Positions 25,976 through 31,270 of a DNA stretch of 31,270 nt are shown here, piece after piece. A program made the position numbers and the translations under genes. Positions within the stretch are counted from its first letter, which is position 1; every line of letters starts with the position of its first letter. The notes beneath the pieces were generated by a model. It did no database searches, was not told where the DNA came from, and saw only the letters and a list, made by a program, of their open reading frames with translations. The DNA is from Catajapyx aquilonaris (Eukaryota), in NCBI GenBank assembly GCA_000934665.2, contig KZ538248.1, forward strand, positions 62,001 through 93,270, written 5' to 3'.

Positions 25976-27352
25976 GTGAGATAACTATGCACTTCAGGTA
26001 GGACTGGAGGGCTGCTTGGGGAAACTGTTTGCCAAAGGTGTAATGGGCAAGTCGCAAAGGAAGAAAAAAATGTGTAGAACTGCTGAAGCTGGACCACCCA
26101 AAAGTGCCATGCGGCTCTGCAGGACGTGTTTGAGCGTAATTAGAATGCCCACTGAATACACCCGCGTGGAGAGCCATGCGGGGCATTATTTGGACCAGAA
26201 TATTTACTATGCATGGCTTGTAGAAGGAGGATTGCTTCCAAATGCAAAGCTGGAGTGGTTTTCGAATAATTCTGGAGGCATTTCACTTCAGTGGTACCAG
26301 TGGGAACCATGGTCATTAAATTGTTTAAACTTCATCTCCGCAGAGTGGGAAAGCATGCTGCCTTGGATTTGTATGCCTTTTTTATCAGTTATAAAAGCGG
26401 ACATCCTGTTTTGTTGTACAGGGCAGACTTTCATTATAACATATATTTTCATGCCATCTTAATCTATATTTTAGTTCGTTTGTTTGGATGTTTGTCCCTT
26501 ATAGAAATCCAGGGGAAGGCCCCTACACTGCCTTAAATTAGCATATCGGGGGTTTAATTTTTCAAGGAATTTAACTCCGCATGTTTCAGCTTCCGTAAAT
26601 GAACCCAACTTCCACAACTCGCATATTCCTGAATCTTCTCACTACTCGGGCCTCAACAATTAACTTACATCAACATCAATAACAATATATCAATTCGCAT
26701 TCCCATGGAAATGCTCTTATGCAACAATACCTAGCAAATTAAACCATCACCGTAAATTCAATGCATCCACCAATTACGCTAATTGGCCACCTCACATGAG
26801 TTCGTATCGTATGGTCATTCCGGGATTTTGTGGGATTTGAAAGTAGACTTCCAGACAAAAATAAATACAATAAAATAATACAGTATTTACAAATATTACT
26901 CTGGGTTGAAAACAAAATTTCCCGCCATGCATCTGTATGTACATTATTCTAAAGTTCTTCAGAGCAAACATGTGGAACGAAGTGAGCGTGTGAAGTGGGG
27001 TTGGGGGGTCAAGGGGTCAAAAATGCAGAGGGAAAAACATATGACTGTGCAATCTTTTCCTGGGCCAACTCCATCCGCATTCCTCTTTTTACACATCCAA
27101 TCGGAATATCTGTGTCGACTATACGGTATAAGACAAGCAGGTAATCTATCACAGATAGTGACAAACTTAGGCTTATTGTAACTTATAAGCCCTATTTTAA
27201 GACATATCAAGTTTCGAGTGTATGGAAGGGAAATTTTTACAAACAAACACACTTCCTAAAATACTGTATAATTATGTACTGTATAATACCCCTCCCTTTA
27301 CCAGCACCCGAACATACCCGGGCAACTGCAGGTAACCTGCTAGTTCTCTATA

Positions 27353-27529
27353 CATCTCTGCTGTCAGATGTAAGAAGACCGTATCTCAAAAACTAGTAAG
27401 GGTGAAAGTCGTATGCATGTCCTGGACTAATCCCTCCCGACTCAGAGGGGATTAGTGCAGGGCGTGCATGCGACTTTCACCCTTACTAGTTTTTGAGTTA
27501 CGGTCTTCTTACATCTGACGGCAGATCTG
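27353..27529. mobile_element. Hairpin-type MITE (non-autonomous, Tc1/mariner-like) with TA flanks, in intron B-C
   Basis: Arms of ~85 bp (..tctgctgtcagatgtaagaagaccgtatctcaaaaactagtaagggtgaaagtcg.. and its reverse complement ..cgactttcacccttactagtttttgagttacggtcttcttacatctgacggcaga..) have about 8 mismatches around a ~8-nt loop. The termini are TA|CA...TG|TA (TA at 27351-27352 and 27530-27531), the target-site signature of Tc1/mariner. Confidence 0.75.
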
Positions 27530-27741
27530 TATTAGTTTTTTATGGCCAAACCTTAGAACTCCATGAGCTGGCTATGAGGTCTTGGTATGTGGCTGCTCCC
27601 TTGTACAGTATGTATACTATGTATTATTCCATACATTGCATTGCTGTAAAATTGTTACCAGTGTGAAGTGTAGCGCAGTATGATAATTTTAATATTTGAC
27701 CTTCTTATGAGAATTCAATATTGGTACACTCTTTGCTGCAG

Positions 27742-28364
27742 AGGTGAGGACGGTAACCCTCGAGAAGCAGTTGGGACAGCCCTTGGGTGTGCGGCTCAGT
27801 GGCCGTCGATCAGAGCCAGGCATTTACATAATGGAGATCCTGGAGGGCAGCACTGCCTCCCAGAACAGTCAACTGGAGCCCAACGACCACATCCTCTCAG
27901 TCAATGGGGAGGACGTCCGCACTGCCCGGTTGGAACATGCCTCCCACCTCATCCAGTCTGCTGACTGCATCACCCTTGTGGTGGCCCGAAAGAAGCTCAA
28001 CCCTAGCCGACACTCGGCCATTCCCAGGCTCCCAGACGACCCAGACAACCCTGACCATGTCACCATCAACCACGTCCGTGCCAAGTCTGCCCCAGACACG
28101 CTCATAACCCCTAACAACAACAACAACAACATCAACAAGGTGGCTCGCAATGCCTGCAACGGGCAAGCCAACAGCCACCGGAATCATGACAACCAGGAAT
28201 GGACACTGACTCCATGTAAGGCAACCGAGAGTGTCAACAAAGTGGATGAACCAAGCATGGAGAGTATGACCCGTAGCCAATCCTGTGAAGCTCTTGACAC
28301 CTTGGCATCTTCTGCATCGTCCACTCCCAAGAGACACTCCAGTGGGAGCCCAGTAAAGCAGCAG
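27742..28364 (+). CDS. LNX1/2-like: LNX1/2-like, coding exon C (complete PDZ2 plus ~125 aa of low-complexity linker)
   Basis: Acceptor ctctttgctgcAG (27740-27741). The G from exon B plus AG gives Glu, then VRTVTLEKQLGQPLGVRLSGRRSEPGIYIMEILEGSTASQNSQLEPNDHILSVNGEDVRTARLEHASHLIQSADCITLVVAR, which resembles LNX PDZ2 (EPG.., QLE.ND..L..NG.D, HLIQ). Donor CAG|GTAGCT at 28365, phase 0. Confidence 0.92.
28113..28130 (+). repeat. Coding (AAC)6 trinucleotide repeat encoding poly-Asn in the PDZ2-PDZ3 linker
   Basis: aacaacaacaacaacaac, in frame within exon C (TPNNNNNNIN). Confidence 0.9.
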
Positions 28365-28464
28365 GTAGCTTATCTTATGTGATCTGTGTGTGAATGTTAG
28401 ATATGGGATATTTTGTGAAAGCGGAATTTAAGTATGTTTGTATTTTACTTTTTACCATGAGCAG

Positions 28465-28698
28465 CAAGAGGCACTGGCAACCCTACCAACTGAAGTAGCC
28501 TGTCAGCTGAGCAGTGGGCACAAGCTACGTGCAGATGGGTTCAGGTGGCAACACAAGAATGTGACCATCCACAAGGACCCAGACGAGAGCCTGGGAATGC
28601 GGATTGGAGGAGGACTCGGGAGCAACGAAGGGGACACCCCCATCTACATTGCCAATATTCATCCACAAGGGTGTGTCGGGAAGTCCAGGCAGATTAGG
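28465..28698 (+). CDS. LNX1/2-like: LNX1/2-like, coding exon D (end of linker and N-terminal half of PDZ3)
   Basis: Follows a 100-nt intron (28365-28464) ending in CAG. It encodes QEALATLPTEVACQLSSGHKLRADGFRWQHKNVTIHKDPDESLGMRIGGGLGSNEGDTPIYIANIHPQGCVGKSRQIR; KDPxESLGM and PIY match LNX PDZ3. Donor AGG|GTGAGT at 28699, phase 0. The rest of PDZ3 was not found in the window. Confidence 0.9.
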
Positions 28699-29632
28699 GT
28701 GAGTTGACAGGAGATGTCCGTAAACAAGCGGATGTCCAGAAACTTTGATCAGTGCACCATCTTGTGGGAACATGACTTTGTGGACATCTACTTGAGGAGT
28801 ACATTCATCTTATTAACTAGACCTTCATTTTAGGCTGTCTTTTCCTGCCTGTCTAGAGAGTAGGGCTAATTGTGAATTACATAACTCCATGGAAAATCTG
28901 TTTTTGAAGAGGAAGATTCATAGGTACAACAGTATTAAATGTTGCCAAAATTAATAATGTTGTGACATTTTAAATGTGAACTGGCTAATTAAAAGTCTGC
29001 AGCAAAGTTATGTAATTCATTGACTGTCCCGTAGGACAATATCATTGCAGAACACCAGTGACGGTTCAAAATTGCTTGCAAAATGTGATTTTCAACCTTC
29101 TTGAATTTTACACTCTAGTACACAAGGGTCCCTTGGTTGGACAGATTTCCGGCATGCAAATAAAAGCTTGCTTGTAAATATTGGGACAGCAATTAAATTA
29201 TTAGGCAAAGCCTAAGTAACCTTTGTGTTGTTTTTTCAAAAGTACTGACTTCCTGGCCACATCCTCAGTAAGTACAACATATTTATCCCAGAAACATAAG
29301 TTATGGCCTGGCTCACTTTGTCCTTCTCCTTCTTTTTTCTCCCTACTTTGCAGGAAGAGATGAGCAAAGGATATGCAGTAAAATGTTACGAGCCTCTCTG
29401 TCACTTGCTTTCTGGGCCAACTTGTATGTTTGTTGTCTTTGCAGCTACTTTGCAGTACATGCTGTACTGCAGAGGTTCTCAGCTCCATTCACATTCATGT
29501 CTCAATATTTTGTGCATTAGTTTTCCTCTTGAACTGAATGCTTGAATTATGAGTGTAAACCACTGTCCTGTGCTGCTGTGGCACAGGACGTTAATTATCT
29601 CAACGATCTTGTGTAATGAGTAATGACTATAC

Positions 29633-29683
29633 CAGTGGTTTCCAACCTGGGGGTCGTGGGCAGGATCGCAGGGGGTCGCGAGC
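29633..29683 (+). mobile_element. Probable left terminus of a hAT (Charlie-like) non-autonomous element
   Basis: CAGTGGTTTCCAACCTGGGGGTCG...GGGGGTCGCGAG resembles the CAGTGGTTcycAACC termini of Charlie-type hAT elements. The preceding 8 bp, gacTAtac (29625-29632), fit their nnnTAnnn target preference. The partner terminal repeat is not in the window. Confidence 0.5.
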
Positions 29684-29804
29684 CTTTGTTCAACTTCTTT
29701 TTGCAATTTCTGTGTAAATTGGACAATTTTTGTGGTTGTACAGAGTGTATGTTGTCTGGAAATTTGGCGGTTGTAGAAAGGGCGGGGAGTATAATTATGT
29801 GTTG

Positions 29805-31260
29805 CTCTCTATATGGGTTACTCTATGGGTTACTCTTTGGGTATATGGGTATATAGAAAGTAACCCATAGAGTAACCCATAGACTCTATGGGGTACTCTA
29901 TATGGGTTACTCTCTGGGTTACTTTCTATATGGGTTACTCTGGGTTACTTTCTATATGGGTTAATCTCTGTGGGTACTCTCTATATGGGTTACTCTATAT
30001 GGGTGACTGGGGTACTATCCATATGGGTTACTTTCTATGTGGGATACTCTATAAGTTACTCTGTTACTTTCTGTATGGGTTACTCTATATGGGATACTCA
30101 AGGAGTTACTCTATATAGGAGAGATACTCATATAGTAACCCATATAGAGCGTGACCTATAGAGTAACCCATATAGAAAGTAGCCCATAGTGTCACCCATA
30201 TAGAAAGTAACCCATATAGAGCGTAACCTATATAGAGAGGTACTTATAGAGTAACCCATATAGAGAGTAATGCAGAGAGTCACTCATATAGAGCGTAGCC
30301 TATATAGTTATGCTCTATATGGGTTACTTTCAATGAGTTACTTTCTATATGGGTTACTTTCAATGAGTTACTTTCTATATGGGTTACTCTGTATGGGTGA
30401 CTTGGTTACTATCCATATGGGTAACTTTCTATATGGGATACTCTCTGGGTTACTTTCTATATGGGTTACTCTATGGGTTACGCGATATATGGGTTACTCT
30501 GCGTTATTTTCTGTATGGGTTACTCTATATGAGTGGCTCTATCGGTTACTCCCTATGCATAGGACAGATACTCATTATAGTAACCCATATAGAGTGTGAC
30601 CTATATATAGAGTAACCTATATAGTTATGCTCTATATGGGTTACTCTCTGGGTTACTTTCTATATGGGTTACTCTATAGGTTACTCTGCATTACGTTGTG
30701 TATGGGTTACTCTATGGGTTACTGCAGGAGTTACTCTCTATATAGGAGAGATACTCATATAGTAACCCATATAGAGCGTGACCTATATAGAGAGTAACCC
30801 ATAGTGTCACCCATATAGAAAGTAACCTATATGGTAGCCCATATCGAGAGTAACCCATAGTGTCACCCATATAGAGAGTAACCCATAGTACCCATACAGA
30901 AAGTAACTCAGAGAGTAACCCATATAGAGCGTAACCTATATAGTTATGCTCTATATGGGTTACTTTCTATATGGGTTACTTTCTATATGGGTTACTTATG
31001 GGTTGCTTTCTATATGGGTTACTTTATGGGTTGCTTTCGAGGTAACTGGGTAACTTTCTATATGGGTTACTTTATGGGTTACTTTCTACGTAACTTTTAT
31101 ATGGGTATTTTATGGGTTACTTTCTATATGGGTTACTTTCTATATGGGTTACTTTCTAGGTAACTTTGGGATACTTTATGGATTACTTTATGGGTAACTT
31201 TCTATATGGGTTACTATGGGTAACTTATGGGTAACTTTCTATATGGGTTACTTTATGGGT
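29805..31260. repeat. Degenerate minisatellite/satellite with a ~16-bp unit (CTATATGGGTTACTYT, plus ~12-bp variants), arranged in alternating-orientation blocks
   Basis: Dozens of copies of atgggttact and of its reverse complement agtaacccat occur in discrete blocks running to the window end. The repetitive ORFs there (YGLL, WVT, MGYS) are translation artefacts of the unit. Confidence 0.95.
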
Positions 31261-31270
31261 TTCTGTCTAG

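Noticed and set aside
25976..26003. Alternative exon B donor (CAG|GTAGGA at 25998)
   Set aside because: It adds 22 nt and gives phase 2, which frameshifts exon C. The 25976 donor keeps the reading frame.
25552..28337. Antisense ORFs 25552..26097, 27869..28171 and 27897..28337
   Set aside because: They are shadows of the real + strand PDZ exons.
28365..28437. ORF-track extension of exon C (VAYLM*) and the MYFTFYHE start of the next ORF
   Set aside because: Both are read-through into the 100-nt intron; canonical splice sites join exons C and D in frame.
29888..30615. Repetitive ORFs (YGLL/WVT/MGYS-rich)
   Set aside because: These are translations of the satellite unit in several frames, with no splice or domain support.
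29805..31260. CRISPR array or telomeric repeat (the unit contains GGGTTA)
   Set aside because: There are no unique spacers of constant length and no cas genes, and the context is a eukaryotic intron. GGGTTA occurs once per ~12-16-bp unit rather than as tandem TTAGGG.

Overview
This is eukaryotic (metazoan) genomic DNA, probably an invertebrate judging by the CpG-rich introns; the species cannot be fixed from sequence alone. The only protein-coding signal I can support is four + strand exons (23418-23524, 25750-25975, 27742-28364, 28465-28698). They join in frame through GT-AG introns and encode about 396 aa of an LNX1/LNX2-like (Ligand of Numb X) multi-PDZ protein: PDZ1, PDZ2, a long linker and the first half of PDZ3. 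The expected RING/NPxY N-terminus and the rest of PDZ3/PDZ4 were not found here. The first ~23.4 kb has no recognisable coding sequence and is CpG- and homopolymer-rich, so it is probably a large intron or regulatory region. CpG collapses towards the 3' end. Repeats include two near-perfect hairpin elements (18882-18974 and a TA-flanked MITE at 27353-27529), microsatellites, a hAT/Charlie-like terminus at 29633, and an unusual ~16-bp satellite (29805 to the window end) that flips orientation eight times through reused junction sequences. Three assembly gaps lie at poly-G/C runs. There is no evidence for prokaryotic systems such as CRISPR. The most interesting leads are the orientation-switching satellite, which may be carried inside a hAT element, and a YAP-like LATS/14-3-3 motif (HVRAKSAP) in the LNX linker.
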